From assembly GCA_964016885.1 (NCBI GenBank), contig OZ024741.1:374728001-374792000 (forward strand): DNA of 64,000 bases, written 5' to 3'. The position numbers and the translations under genes are program-made. Below are positions 16,801 to 33,500 of this stretch, piece by piece (position 1 is the stretch's first letter; each line of letters begins with the position of its first letter). This stretch comes from Eledone cirrhosa. Lineage: Eukaryota. Below the pieces are notes generated by a model. That model was not told the DNA's origin and made no database searches. It saw only the letters and a list, made by a program, of their open reading frames with translations.

Positions 16801-18500
16801 ATTAAGACCTATTGCAGCTCTTCCACCACTCTCTAATATATTAACATACATAACATTAAGACCTATTGCAGCTCTTCCACCACTCTCTAATATATTAACA
16901 TACATAACACTATGACCTATCGCAGCTCTTCTACCACTCTCTAATATATTAACATACATCACATTATGACCTATCGCAGCTCTTCTGCCACTCTCTAATA
17001 TATTAACATACATAACATTATGACCTATCGCAGCTCTTCTACCACTCTCTAATATATTAACATACATCACATTATGACCTATCGCAGCTCTTCCACCACT
17101 CTCTAATATATTATCATACATAACATTATGACCTATCGCAGCTCTTCCACCACTCTCTAATATATTAACATACATAACATTATGACCTATCGCAGCTCTT
17201 CCACCACTCTCTAATATATTAACATACATGACATTAAGAGCTATTGCAGCTCTTCTACCACTCTCTAATATATTAACATACATAACATTAAGACCTATTG
17301 CAGCTCTTCTACCACTCTCTAATATATTAACATACATAACATTATGACCTATCGCAGCTCTTCTGTCACTCTCTAATATATTAACATACATAACATTATG
17401 ACCTATCGCAGCTCTTCTCCCACTCTCTAATATATTAACATACATAACATTAAGACCTATTGCAGCTCTTCTACCACTCTCTAATATATTAACATACATA
17501 ACATTAAGACCTATTGCAGCTCTTCTGCCACTCTCTAATATATTAACATACATAACATTAAGACCTATTGCAGCTCTTCCGCCACTCTCTAATATATTAA
17601 CATACATAACATTAAGAACTATTGCAGCTCTTCCGCCACTCTCTAATATATTAACATACATAACATTAAGACCTATTGCAGCTCTTCCACCACTCTCTAA
17701 TATATTAACATACATAACACTATGACCTAATGCAGCTCTTCTCCCACTCTCTAATATATTAACATACATAACATTATGACCTATTGCAGCTCTTCTCCCA
17801 CTCTCTAATATATTAACATACATAACACTATGACCTATCGCAGCTCTTCTCCCACTCTCTAATATATTAACATACATAACATTATGACCTATCGCCGCTC
17901 TTCTGCCACTCTCTAATATATTAACATACATAACATTAAGACCTATTGCAGCTCTTCTACCACTCTATAATATATTAACATACATAACATTAAGACCTAT
18001 TGCAGCTCTTCTACCACTCTCTAATATATTAACATACATAACATTATGACCTATCGCAGCTCTTCTACCACTCTCTAATATATTAACATACATAACATTA
18101 AGACCTATTGCAGCTCTTCTGCCACTCTCTAATATATTAACATACATAACATTAAGACCTATTGCAGCTCTTCCACCACTCTCTAATATATTAACATACA
18201 TAACATTAAGACCTATTGCAGCTCTTCCATCACTCTCTAATATATTAACATACATAACACTATGACCTATCGCAGCTCTTCTCCCACTCTCTAATATATT
18301 AACATACATAACATTATGATCTATCGCAGCTCTTCTCCCACTCTCTAATATATTAACATACATAACACTATGACCTATCGCAGCTCTTCTCCTACTCTCT
18401 AATATATTAACATACATAACATTATGACCTATCGCAGCTCTTCTCCCACTCTCTAATATATTAACATACATAACATTATGACCTATCGCAGCTCTTCCAC
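13870..18500. repeat. Higher-order duplication, period ~2322 bp (43 monomers); ends approximate
   Basis: ORF ends 15609/17931 and 15643/17965 are offset by 2322. Rare variants GACCTAATGC, TAAGAACTAT, ATCGCCGCTC and TCTCCTACTC occur in both copies in the same order. Confidence 0.85.
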
Positions 18501-21500
18501 CACTCTCTAATATATTAACAAACATAACATTAAGACCTATTGCAGCTCTTCCACCACTCTCTAATATATTAGTATACATAACATTATGACCTATCGCAGC
18601 TCTTCTACCACTCTCTAATATATTAACATACATAACATTATGACCTATCGCAGCTCTTCCACCACTCTCTAATATATTAGCATACATAACATTAAGACCT
18701 ATTGCAGCTCTTCCACCACTCTCTAATATATTAGCATACATAACATTATGACCTATCGCAGCTCTTCCACCACTCTCTAATATATTAAAATACATGACAT
18801 TATGACCTATCGATAGCTCTTCCACCACTCTCTAATATATTAAAATACATAACATTATGACCTATCGCAGCTCTTCTACCACTCTCTAATATATTAACAT
18901 ACATGACATTATGACCTCCCGCAGCTCTTCCACCACTCTCTAATATATTAATATACATGACATTATGACCTATCGCAGCTCTTCTACCACTCTCTAATAT
19001 ATTAACATACATAACATTATGACCTATAGCAGCTCTTCTGCCACTCTCTAATATATTAACATACATAACATTATGACCTATCGCAGCTCTTCTACCACTC
19101 TCTAATATATTATCATACATAACATTATGACCTATAGCAGCTCTTCTGCCACTCTCTAATATATTAACATACATCACATTATGACCTATCGCAGCTCTTT
19201 CACCACTCTCTAATATATTATCATACATAACATTATGACCTATTGCAGCTCTTCTACCACTCTCTAATATATTAACATACATAACATTAAGACCTATTGC
19301 AGCTCTTCTACCACTCTCTAATATATTAACATACATAACATTATGACCTATCGCAGCTCTTCTGTCACTCTCTAATATATTAACATACATAACATTATGA
19401 CCTATCCTAGCTCTTCTCCCACTCTCTAATATATTAACATACATAACATTAAGACCTATTGCAGCTCTTCTACCACTCTCTAATATATTAACATACATAA
19501 CATTAAGACCTATTGCAGCTCTTCTGCCACTCTCTAATATATTAACATACATAACATTAAGACCTATTGCAGCTCTTCCGCCACTCTCTAATATATTAAC
19601 ATACATAACATTAAGACCTATTGCAGCTCTTCCGCCACTCTCTAATATATAAACATACATAACATTAAGACCTATTGCAGCTCTTCCACCACTCTCTAAT
19701 ATATTAACATACATAACACTATGACCTATCGCAGCTCTTCTCCCACTCTCTAATATATTAACATACATAACATTATGACCTATCGCAGCTCTTCTCCCAC
19801 TCTCTAATATATTAACATACATAACACTATGACCTATCGCAGCTCTTCTCCCACTCTCTAATATATTAACATACATAACACTATGACCTATCGCAGCTCT
19901 TCTCCCACTCTCTAATATATTAACATACATAACATTATGACCTATCGCAGCTCTTCTCCCACTCTCTAATATATTAACATACATAACATTATGACCTATC
20001 GCAGCTCTTCTCCCACTCTCTAATATATTAACATACATAACATTATGACCTATCGCAGCTCTTCCACCAATCTCTAATATATTAACGTACATAACATTAA
20101 GACCTATCGCAGCTCTTCTGCCACTCTCTAATATATTAACATACATAACATTAAGACCTATTGCAGCTCTTCCACCACTCTCTAATGTATTAACATACAT
20201 AACACTATGACCTATCGCAGCTCTTCTCCCACTCTCTAATATATTAACATACATAACATTATGACCTATCGCAGCTCTTCCACCACTCTCTAATATATTA
20301 GCATACATAACATTATGACCTATCGCAGCTCTTCTACCACTCTCTAATATATTAACATACATGACATTATGACCTATCGACAGCTCTTCCACCACTCTCT
20401 AATATATTAACATACATAACATTATGACCTATCGCAGCTCTTCCACCAATCTCTAATATATTAACATACATAACATTAAGACCTATTGCAGCTCTTCCAC
20501 CACTCTCTAATATATTAGTATACATAACATTATGACCTATCGCAGCTCTTCTCCCACTCTCTAATATATTAACATACATAACATTATGACCTATCGCAGC
20601 TCTTCTCCCACTCTCTAATATATTAACATACATAACATTATGACCTATCGCAGCTCTTCTCCCACTCTCTAATATATTAACATACATAACATTATGACCT
20701 ATCGCAGCTCTTCTCCCACTCTCTAATATATTAACATACATAACATTATGACCTATCGCAGCTCTTCCACCACTCTCTAATATATTAACATACATAACAT
20801 TAAGACCTATTGCAGCTCTTCCACCACTCTCTAATATATTAGTATACATAACATTATGACCTATCGCAGCTCTTCTACCACTCTCTAATATATTAACATA
20901 CATAACATTATGACCTATCGCAGCTCTTCCACCACTCTCTAATATATTAGCATACATAACATTAAGACCTATTGCAGCTCTTCCACCACTCTCTAATATA
21001 TTAGCATACATAACATTATGACCTATCGCAGCTCTTCCACCACTCTCTAATATATTAAAATACATGACATTATGACCTATCGATAGCTCTTACACCACTC
21101 TCTAATATATTAAAATACATAACATGATGACCTATCACAGCTCTTCTACCGCTCTCTAATATATTAGCATACATAGCATTATGACCTATCGCAGCTCTTC
21201 TACCACTCTCTAATATATTAACATACATGACATTATGACCTCTCGCAGCTCTTCCACCACTCTCTAATATATTATCATACATAACATTATGACCTATAGC
21301 AGCTCTTCTGCCACTCTCTAATATATTAACATACATAACATTATGACATATCGCAGCTCTTCTACCACTCTCTAATATATTATCATACATAACATTATGA
21401 CCTATAGCAGCTCTTCTGCCACTCTCTAATATATTAACATACATCACATTATGACCTATCGCAGCTCTTCCACCACTCTCTAATATATAATCATACATAA

Positions 21501-24500
21501 CATTATGACCTATTGCAGCTCTTCCACCACTCTCTAATATATTAACATACATAACATTAAGACCTATTGCAGCTCTTCCACCACTCTCTAATGTATTAAC
21601 ATACATAACACTATGACCTATCGCAGCTCTTCTCCCACTCTCTAATATATTAACATACATAACATTATGACCTATCGCAGCTCTTCCACCACTCTCTAAA
21701 ATATTAGCATACATAACATTATGACCTATCGCAGCTCTTCTACCACTCTCTAATATATTAACATACATGACAGTATGACCTATCGACAGCTCTTCCACCA
21801 CTCTCTAATATATTAACATACATAACATTATGACCTATCGCAGCTCTTCCACCACTCTCTAATATATTAACATACATAACATTAAGACCTATTGCAGCTC
21901 TTCCACCACTCTCTAATATATTAGTATACATAACATTATGACCTATCGCAGCTCTTCTACCACTCTCTAATGTTTTAACATACATAACATTATGACCTAT
22001 CGCAGCTCTTCCACCACTCTCTAATATATTAGCATACATAACATTATGACCTATCGCAGCTCTTCTGCCACTCTCTAATATATTAACATACATAACATTA
22101 TGACCTATCGCAGCTCTTCTCCCACTCTCTAATATATTAACATACATAACATAATGACCTATCGCAGCTCTTCTGCCACTCTCTAATATATTAACATACA
22201 TAACATTATGACCTATCGCAGATCTTCTGCCACTCTCTAATATATTAACATACATAACATTATGACCTATCGCAGCTCTTCTGCCACTCTCTATTATATT
22301 AACATACATAACATTATGACCTATCGCAGCTCTTCTACCACTCTCTAATATATTAACATACATGACATTATGACCTATCGCAGCTCTGCCACCACTCTCT
22401 AATATATTAACATACATAACATTATGACCTATCGCAGCTCTTCCACCACTCTCTAATATATTAAAATACATGACATTATGACCTATCGCAGCTCTTCTGC
22501 CACTCTCTAATATATTAACATACATAATATTATGACCTATAGCAGCTCTTCTGCCACTCTCTAATATATTAACATACATAACATTATGACCTATCGCAGC
22601 TCTTCCACCACTCTCTAATATATTAACATACATGACATTAAGAGCTATTGCAGCTCTTCTACCACTCTCTAATATATTAACATACATAACATTATGACCT
22701 ATCGCAGCTCTTCCACCACTCTCTAATATATTAACATACATGACATTAAGAGCTATTGCAGCTCTTCTACCACTCTCTAATATATTAACATACATAACAT
22801 TAAGACCTATTGCAGCTCTTCCACCACTCTAATATATTAACATACATAACATTATGACCTATCGCAGCTCTTCTGTCAATCTCTAATATATTAACATACA
22901 TAACATTATGACCTATCGCAGCTCTTCTCCCACTCTCTAATATATTAACATACATAACATTAAGACCTATTGCAGCTCTTCTACCACTCTATAATATATT
23001 AACATACATAACATTAAGACCTATTGCAGCTCTTCTACCACTCTCTAATATATTAACATACATAACATTATGACCTATCGCAGCTCTTCTACCACTGTCT
23101 AATATATTAACATACATAACATTAAGACCTATTGCAGCTCTTCTGCCACTCTCTAATATATTAACATACATAACATTAAGACCTATTGCAGCTCTTCCAC
23201 CACTCTCTAATATATTAACATACATAACATTAAGACCTATTGCAGCTCTTCCACCACTCTCTAATATATTAACATACATAACACTATGACCTATCGCAGC
23301 TCTTCTCCCACTCTCTAATATATTAACATACATAACATTATGATCTATCCCCAACTCTTCTCCCACTCTCTAATATATTAACATACATAACACTATGACC
23401 TATCGCAGCTCTTCTCCCACTCTCTAATATATTAACATACATAACATTATGACCTATCGCAGCTCTTCCACCACTCTCTAATATATTAACATACATAACA
23501 TTAAGACCTATTGCAGCTCTTCCACCACTCTCTAATATATTAGTATACATAACATTATGACCTATCGCAGCTCTTCTACCACTCTCTAATATATTAACAT
23601 ACATAACATTATGACCTATCGCAGCTCTTCCACCACTCTCTAATATATTAGCATACATAACATTAAGACCTATTGCAGCTCTTCCACCACTCTCTAATAT
23701 ATTAGCATACATAACATTATTACCTATCGCAGCTCTTCCACCACTCTCTAATATATTAAAATACATGACATTATGACCTATCGATAGCTCTTACACCACT
23801 CTCTAATATATTAAAATACATAACATGATGACCTATCACAGCTCTTCTACCGCTCTCTAATATATTAGCATACATAACATTATGACCTATCGCAGCTCTT
23901 CTACCACTCTCTAATATATTAACATACATGACATTATGACCTCTCGCAGCTCTTCCACCACTCTCTAATATATTAAAATACATGACATTATGACCTATCG
24001 CAGCTCTTCTACCACTCTCTAATATATTAACATACATCACATTATGACCTATCGCAGCTCTTCTGCCACTCTCTAATATATTAACATACATAACATTATG
24101 ACCTATAGCAGCTCTTCTGCCACTCTCTAATATATTAACATACATAACATTATGACCTATCGCAGCTCTTCTACCACTCTCTAATATATTATCATACATA
24201 ACATTATGACCTATAGCAGCTCTTCTGCCACTCTCTAATATATTAACATACATCACATTATGACCTATCGCAGCTCTTCCACCACTCTCTAATATATAAT
24301 CATACATAACATTATGACCTATTGCAGCTCTTCCACCACTCTCTAATATATTAACATACATAACATTAAGACCTATTGCAGCTCTTCCACCACTCTCTAA
24401 TGTATTAACATACATAACACTATGACCTATCGCAGCTCTTCTCCCACTCTCTAATATATTAACATACATAACATTATGACCTATCGCAGCTCTTCCACCA

Positions 24501-27500
24501 CTCTCTAATATATTAGCATACATAACATTATGACCTATCGCAGCTCTTCTACCACTCTCTAATATATTAACATACATGACATTATGACCTATCGACAGCT
24601 CTTCCACCACTCTCTAATATATTAACATACATAACATTATGACCTATTGCAGCTCTTCCACCACTCTCTAATATATTAGTATACATAACATTATGACCTA
24701 TCGCAGATCTTCTACCACTCTCTAATATTTTAACATACATAACATTATGACCTATCGCAGCTCTTCCACCACTCTCTAATATATTGGCATACATAACATT
24801 ATGACCTATCGCAGCTCTTCTGCCACTCTCTAATATATTAACATGCATAACATTATGACCTATCGCAGCTCTCCTCCCACTCTCTAATATATTAACATAC
24901 ATAACATTATGACCTATCGCAGCTCTTCTGCCACTCTCTAATATATTAACATACATAACATTATGACCTATCGCAGCTCTTCTGCCACTCTCTATTATAT
25001 TAACATACATAACATTATGACCTATCGCAGCTCTTCTACCACTCTCTAATATATTAACATACATGACATTATGACCTATCGCAGCTCTGCCACCACTCTC
25101 TAATATATTAACATACATAACATTATGACCTATCGCAGCTCTTCCACCACTCTCTAATATATTAAAATACATGACATTATGACCTATCGCAGCTCTTCTA
25201 CCACTCTCTAATATATTAACATACATCACATTATGACCTATCGCAGCTCTTCTGCCACTCTCTAATATATTAACATACATAACATTATGAACTATAGCAG
25301 CTCTTCTGCCACTCTCTAATATATTAACATACATAACATTATGACCTATCGCAGCTCTTCCACCACTCTCTAATATATTAACATACATGACATTAAGAGC
25401 TATTGCAGCTCTTCTACCACTCTCTAATATATTAACATACATAACATTATGACCTATCGCAGCTCTTCCACCACTCTATAATATATTAACATACATGACA
25501 TTAAGAGCTATTGCAGCTCTTCTACCACTCTCTAATATATTAACATACATAACATTAAGACCTATTGCAGCTCTTCCACCACTCTCTAATATATTAACAT
25601 ACATAACATTATGACCTATCGCAGCTCTTCTGTCACTCTCTAATATATTAACATACATAACATTATGACATATCGCAGCTCTTCTCCCACTCTCTAATAT
25701 ATTAACATACATAACATTAAGACCTATTGCAGCTCTTCTACCACTCTATAATATATTAACATACATAACATTAAGACCTATTGCAGCTCTTCTACCCCTC
25801 TCTAATATATTAACATACATAACATTATGACCTATCGCAGCTCTTCTACCACTCTCTAATATGTTAACATACATAACATTAAGACCTATTGCAGCTCTTC
25901 TGCCACTCTCTAATATATTAACATACATAACATTAAGACCTATTGCAGCTCTTCCACCACTCTCTAATATATTAACATACATAACATTAAGACCTATTGC
26001 AGCTCTTACACCACTCTCTAATATATTAACATACATAACACTATGACCTATCGCAGCTCTTCTCCCACTCTCTAATATATTAACATACATAACATTATGA
26101 TCTATCGCAGCTCTTCTCCCACTCTCTAATATATTAACATACATAACACTATGACCTATCGCAGCTCTTCTCCCACTCTCTAATATATTAACATACATAA
26201 CATTATGACCTATCGCAGCTCTTCTCCTACTCTCTAATATATTAACATACATAACATTATGACCTATCGCAGCTCTTCCACCACTCTCTAATATATTAAC
26301 ATACATAACATTAAGACCTATTGCAGCTCTTCCACCACTCTCTAATATATTAGTATACATAACATTATGACCTATCGCAGCTCTTCTACCACTCTCTAAT
26401 ATATTAACATACATAACATTATGACCTATCGCAGCTCTTCCACCACTCACTAATATATTAGCATACATAACATTAAGACCTATTGCAGCTCTTCCACCAC
26501 TCTCTAATATATTAGCATACATAACATTATGACCTATCGCAGCTCTTCCACCACTCTCTAATATATTAAAATACATGACATTATGACCTATCGATAGCTC
26601 TTCCACCACTCTCTAATATATTAAAATACATAACATTATGACCTATCGCAGCTCTTCTACCGCTCTCTAATATATTAGCATACATAACATTATGACCTAT
26701 CGCAGCTCTTCTACCACTCTCTAATATATTAACATACATGACATTATGATCTCTCGCAGCTCTTCCACCACTCTCTAATATATTAAAATACATGACATTA
26801 TGACCCATCGCAGCTCTTCTACCACTCTCTAATATATTAACATACATCACATTATGACCTATCGCAGCTCTTCTGCCACTCTCTAATATATTAACATACA
26901 TAACATTATGACCTATAGCAGCTCTTCTGCCACTCTCTAATATATTAACATACATAACATTATGACCTATCGCAGCTCTTCTACCACTCTCTAATATATT
27001 ATCATACATAACATTATGACCTATAGCAGCTCTTCTGCCACTCTCTAATATATTAACATACATCACATTATGACCTATCGCAGCTCTTCCACCACTCTCT
27101 ATTACATTAACATACATGACATTAAGAGCTATTGCAGCTCTTCTACCACTCTCTAATATATTAACATACATAACATTAAGACCTATTGCAGCTCTTCTAC
27201 CACTCTCTAATATATTAACATACATAACATTATGACCTATCGCAGCTCTTCTGTCACTCTCTGATATATTAACATACATAACATTATGACCTATCCCAGC
27301 TCTTCTCCCACTCTCTAATATATTAACATACATAACATTAAGACCTATTGCAGCTCTTCTACCACTCTCTAATATATTAACATACATAACATTAAGACAT
27401 ATTGCAGCTCTTCTGCCACTCTCTAATATATTAACATACATAACATTAAGACCTATTGCAGCTCTTCCGCCACTCTCTAATATATTAACATACATAACAT

Positions 27501-30500
27501 TAAGACCTATTGCAGCTCTTCCGCCACTCTCTAATATATAAACATACATAACATTAAGACCTATTGCAGCTCTTCCACCACTCTCTAATATATTAACATA
27601 CATAACACTATGACCTATCGCAGCTCTTCTCCCACTCTCTAATATATTAACATACATAACATTATGACCTATCGCAGCTCTTCTCCCACGCTCTAATATA
27701 TTAACATACATAACACTATGACCTATCGCAGCTCTTCTCCCACTCTCTAATATATTAACATACATAACACTATGACCTATCGCAGCTCTTCTCCCACTCT
27801 CTAATATATTAACATACATAACATTATGACCTATCGCAGCTCTTCTCCCACTCTCTAATATATTAACATACATGACATTATGACCTATCGACAGCTCTTC
27901 CACCACTCTCTAATATATTAACATACATAACATTATAACCTATCGCAGCTCTTCCACCACTCTCTAATATATTAACATACATAACATTAAGACCTATTGC
28001 AGCTCTTCCACCACTCTCTAATATATTAGTATACATAACATTATGACCTATCGCAGCTCTTCTACCACTCTCTAATATTTTAACATACATAACATTATGA
28101 CCTATCGCAGCTCTTCCACCACTCTCTAATATATTAGCATACATAACATTAAGACCTATTGCAGCTCTTCCACCACTCTCTAATATATTAGCATACATAA
28201 CATTATGACCTATCGCAGCTCTTCTGCCACTCTCTAATATATTAACATACATAACATTATGACCTATCGCAGCTCTTCTGCCACTCTCTAATATATTAAC
28301 ATACATAACATTATGACCTATCGCAGCTCTTCTGCCACTCTCTAATATATTAACATACATAACATTAAGACCTATTGCAGCTCTTCCACCACTCTCTAAT
28401 ATATTAGCATACATAACATTATGACCTATCGCAGCTCTTCTACCACTCTCTAATATATTAACATACATAACATTATGATCTATCGCAGCTCTTCTGCCAC
28501 TCTCTAATATATTAACATACATAACATTAAGACCTATTGCAGCTCTTCCACCACTCTCTAATATATTAGCATACATAACATCATGACCTATCGCAGCTCT
28601 TCTGCCACTCTCTAATATATTAGCATACATAACATTAAGACCTATTGCAGCTCTTCCACCACTCTCTAATATATTAGCATACATAACATTATGACCTATC
28701 GCAGCTCTTCTGCCACTCTCTAATATATTAACATACATAACATTATGACCTATCGCAGCTCTTCTGCCACTCTCTAATATATTAACATACATAACATTAT
28801 GACCTATCGCAGCTCTTCTCCCACTCTCTAATATATTAACATACATAACATTATGACCTATCGCAGCTCTTCGGCCACTCTCTAATATATTAACATACAT
28901 AACATTATGACCTATCGCAGCTCTTCTGCCACTCTCTAATATATTAACATACATAACATTATGACCTATCGCAGCTCTTCTGCCACTCTCTATTATATTA
29001 ACATACATAACATTATGACCTATCGCAGCTCTTCTCCCACTCTCTAATATATTAACATACATAACATTATGACCTATCGCAGCTCTTCGGCCACTCTCTA
29101 ATATATTAACATACATAACATTATGACCTATCGCAGCTCTTCTGCCACTCTCTAATATATTAACATACATAACATTATGACCTATCGCAGCTCTTCTGTC
29201 ACTCTCTAATATATTAACATACATAACATTATGACATATCGCAGCTCTTCTCCCACTCTCTAATATATTAACATACATAACATTAAGACCTATTGCAGCT
29301 CTTCTACCACTCTATAATATATTAACATACATAACATTAAGACCTATTGCAGCTCTTCTACCCCTCTCTAATATATTAACATACATAACATTATGACCTA
29401 TCGCAGCTCTTCTACCACTCTCTAATATGTTAACATACATAACATTAAGACCTATTGCAGCTCTTCTGCCACTCTCTAATATATTAACATACATAACATT
29501 AAGACCTATTGCAGCTCTTCCACCACTCTCTAATATATTAACATACATAACATTAAGACCTATTGCAGCTCTTACACCACTCTCTAATATATTAACATAC
29601 ATAACACTATGACCTATCGCAGCTCTTCTCCCACTCTCTAATATATTAACATACATAACATTATGATCTATCGCAGCTCTTCTCCCACTCTCTAATATAT
29701 TAACATACATAACACTATGACCTATCGCAGCTCTTCTCCCACTCTCTAATATATTAACATACATAACATTATGACCTATCGCAGCTCTTCTCCTACTCTC
29801 TAATATATTAACATACATAACATTATGACCTATCGCAGCTCTTCCACCACTCTCTAATATATTAACATACATAACATTAAGACCTATTGCAGCTCTTCCA
29901 CCACTCTCTAATATATTAGTATACATAACATTATGACCTATCGCAGCTCTTCTACCACTCTCTAATATATTAACATACATAACATTATGACCTATCGCAG
30001 CTCTTCCACCACTCACTAATATATTAGCATACATAACATTAAGACCTATTGCAGCTCTTCCACCACTCTCTAATATATTAGCATACATAACATTATGACC
30101 TATCGCAGCTCTTCCACCACTCTCTAATATATTAAAATACATGACATTATGACCTATCGATAGCTCTTCCACCACTCTCTAATATATTAAAATACATAAC
30201 ATTATGACCTATCGCAGCTCTTCTACCACTCTCTAATATATTAACATACATAACATTAAGACCTATTGCAGCTCTTCTACCACTCTCTAATATATTAACA
30301 TACATAACATTATGACCTATCGCAGCTCTTCTGTCACTCTCTGATATATTAACATACATAACATTATGACCTATCCCAGCTCTTCTCCCACTCTCTAATA
30401 TATTAACATACATAACATTAAGACCTATTGCAGCTCTTCTACCACTCTCTAATATATTAACATACATAACATTAAGACATATTGCAGCTCTTCTGCCACT

Positions 30501-33500
30501 CTCTAATATATTAACATACATAACATTAAGACCTATTGCAGCTCTTCCGCCACTCTCTAATATATTAACATACATAACATTAAGACCTATTGCAGCTCTT
30601 CCGCCACTCTCTAATATATAAACATACATAACATTAAGACCTATTGCAGCTCTTCCACCACTCTCTAATATATTAACATACATAACACTATGACCTATCG
30701 CAGCTCTTCTCCCACTCTCTAATATATTAACATACATAACATTATGACCTATCGCAGCTCTTCTCCCACGGTCTAATATATTAACATACATAACACTATG
30801 ACCTATCGCAGCTCTTCTCCCACTCTCTAATATATTAACATACATAACACTATGACCTATCGCAGCTCTTCTCCCACTCTCTAATATATTAACATACATA
30901 ACATTATGACCTATCGCAGCTCTTCTCCCACTCTCTAATATATTAACATACATGACATTATGACCTATCGACAGCTCTTCCACCACTCTCTAATATATTA
31001 ACATACATAACATTATAACCTATCGCAGCTCTTCCACCACTCTCTAATATATTAACATACATAACATTAAGACCTATTGCAGCTCTTCCACCACTCTCTA
31101 ATATATTAGTATACATAACATTATGACCTATCGCAGCTCTTCTACCACTCTCTAATATTTTAACATACATAACATTATGACCTATCGCAGCTCTTCCACC
31201 ACTCTCTAATATATTAGCATACATAACATTAAGACCTATTGCAGCTCTTCCACCACTCTCTAATATATTAGCATACATAACATTATGACCTATAGCAGCT
31301 CTTCTGCCACTCTCTAATATATTAACATACATAACATTATGACCTATCGCAGCTCTTCTGCCACTCTCTAATATATTAACATACATAACATTATGACCTA
31401 TCGCAGCTCTTCTGCCACTCTCTAATATATTAACATACATAACATTAAGACCTATTGCAGCTCTTCCACCACTCTCTAATATATTAGCATACATAACATT
31501 ATGACCTATCGCAGCTCTTCTACCACTCTCTAATATATTAACATACATAACATTATGATCTATCGCAGCTCTTCTGCCACTCTCTAATATATTAACATAC
31601 ATAATATTAAGACCTATTGCAGCTCTTCCACCACTCTCTAATATATTAGCATACATAACATCATGACCTATCGCAGCTCTTCTGCCACTCTCTAATATAT
31701 TAACATACATAACATTATGACCTATCGCAGCTCTTCTCCCACTCTCTAATATATTAACATACATAACATTATGACCTATCGCAGCTCTTCGGCCACTCTC
31801 TAATATATTAACATACATAACATTATGACCTATCGCAGCTCTTCTGCCACTCTCTAATATATTAACATACATAACATTATGACCTATCGCAGCTCTTCTG
31901 CCACTCTCTATTATATTAACATACATAACATTATGACCTATCGCAGCTCTTCTCCCACTCTCTAATATATTAACATACATAACATTATGAGCTATCGCAG
32001 CTCTTCGGCCACTCTCTAATATATTAACATACATAACATTATGACCTATCGCAGCTCTTCTGCCACTCTCTAATATATTAACATACATAACATTATGACC
32101 TATCGCAGCTCTTCTGTCACTCTCTAATATATTAACATACATAACATTATGACATATCGCAGCTCTTCTCCCACTCTCTAATATATTAACATACATAACA
32201 TTAAGACCTATTGCAGCTCTTCTACCACTCTATAATATATTAACATACATAACATTAAGACCTATTGCAGCTCTTCTACCCCTCTCTAATATATTAACAT
32301 ACATAACATTATGACCTATCGCAGCTCTTCTACCACTCTCTAATATGTTAACATACATAACATTAAGACCTATTGCAGCTCTTCTGCCACTCTCTAATAT
32401 ATTAACATACATAACATTAAGACCTATTGCAGCTCTTCCACCACTCTCTAATATATTAACATACATAACATTAAGACCTATTGCAGCTCTTACACCACTC
32501 TCTAATATATTAACATACATAACACTATGACCTATCGCAGCTCTTCTCCCACTCTCTAATATATTAACATACATAACATTATGATCTATCGCAGCTCTTC
32601 TCCCACTCTCTAATATATTAACATACATAACACTATGACCTATCGCAGCTCTTCTCCCACTCTCTAATATATTAACATACATAACATTATGACCTATCGC
32701 AGCTCTTCTCCTACTCTCTAATATATTAACATACATAACATTATGACCTATCGCAGCTCTTCCACCACTCTCTAATATATTAACATACATAACATTAAGA
32801 CCTATTGCAGCTCTTCCACCACTCTCTAATATATTAGTATACATCACATTATGACCTATCGCAGCTCTTCTACCACTCTCTAATATATTAACATACATAA
32901 CATTATGACCTATCGCAGCTCTTCCACCACTCACTAATATATTAGCATACATAACATTAAGACCTATTGCAGCTCTTCCACCACTCACTAATATATTAGC
33001 ATACATAACATTATGACCTATCGCAGCTCTTCCACCACTCTCTAATATATTAAAATACATGACATTATGACCTATCGATAGCTCTTCCACCACTCTCTAA
33101 TATATTAAAATACATAACATTATGACCTATCGCAGCTCTTCTACCGCTCTCTAATATATTAGCATACATAACATTATGACCTATCGCAGCTCTTCTACCA
33201 CTCTCTAATATATTAACATACATGACATTATGATCTCTCGCAGCTCTTCCACCACTCTCTAATATATTAAAATACATGACATTATGACCCATCGCAGCTC
33301 TTCTACCACTCTCTAATATATTAACATACATCACATTATGACCTATCGCAGCTCTTCTGCCACTCTCTAATATATTAACATACATAACATTATGACCTAT
33401 AGCAGCTCTTCTGCCACTCTCTAATATATTAACATACATAACATTATGACCTATCGCAGCTCTTCTACCACTCTCTAATATATTATCATACATAACATTA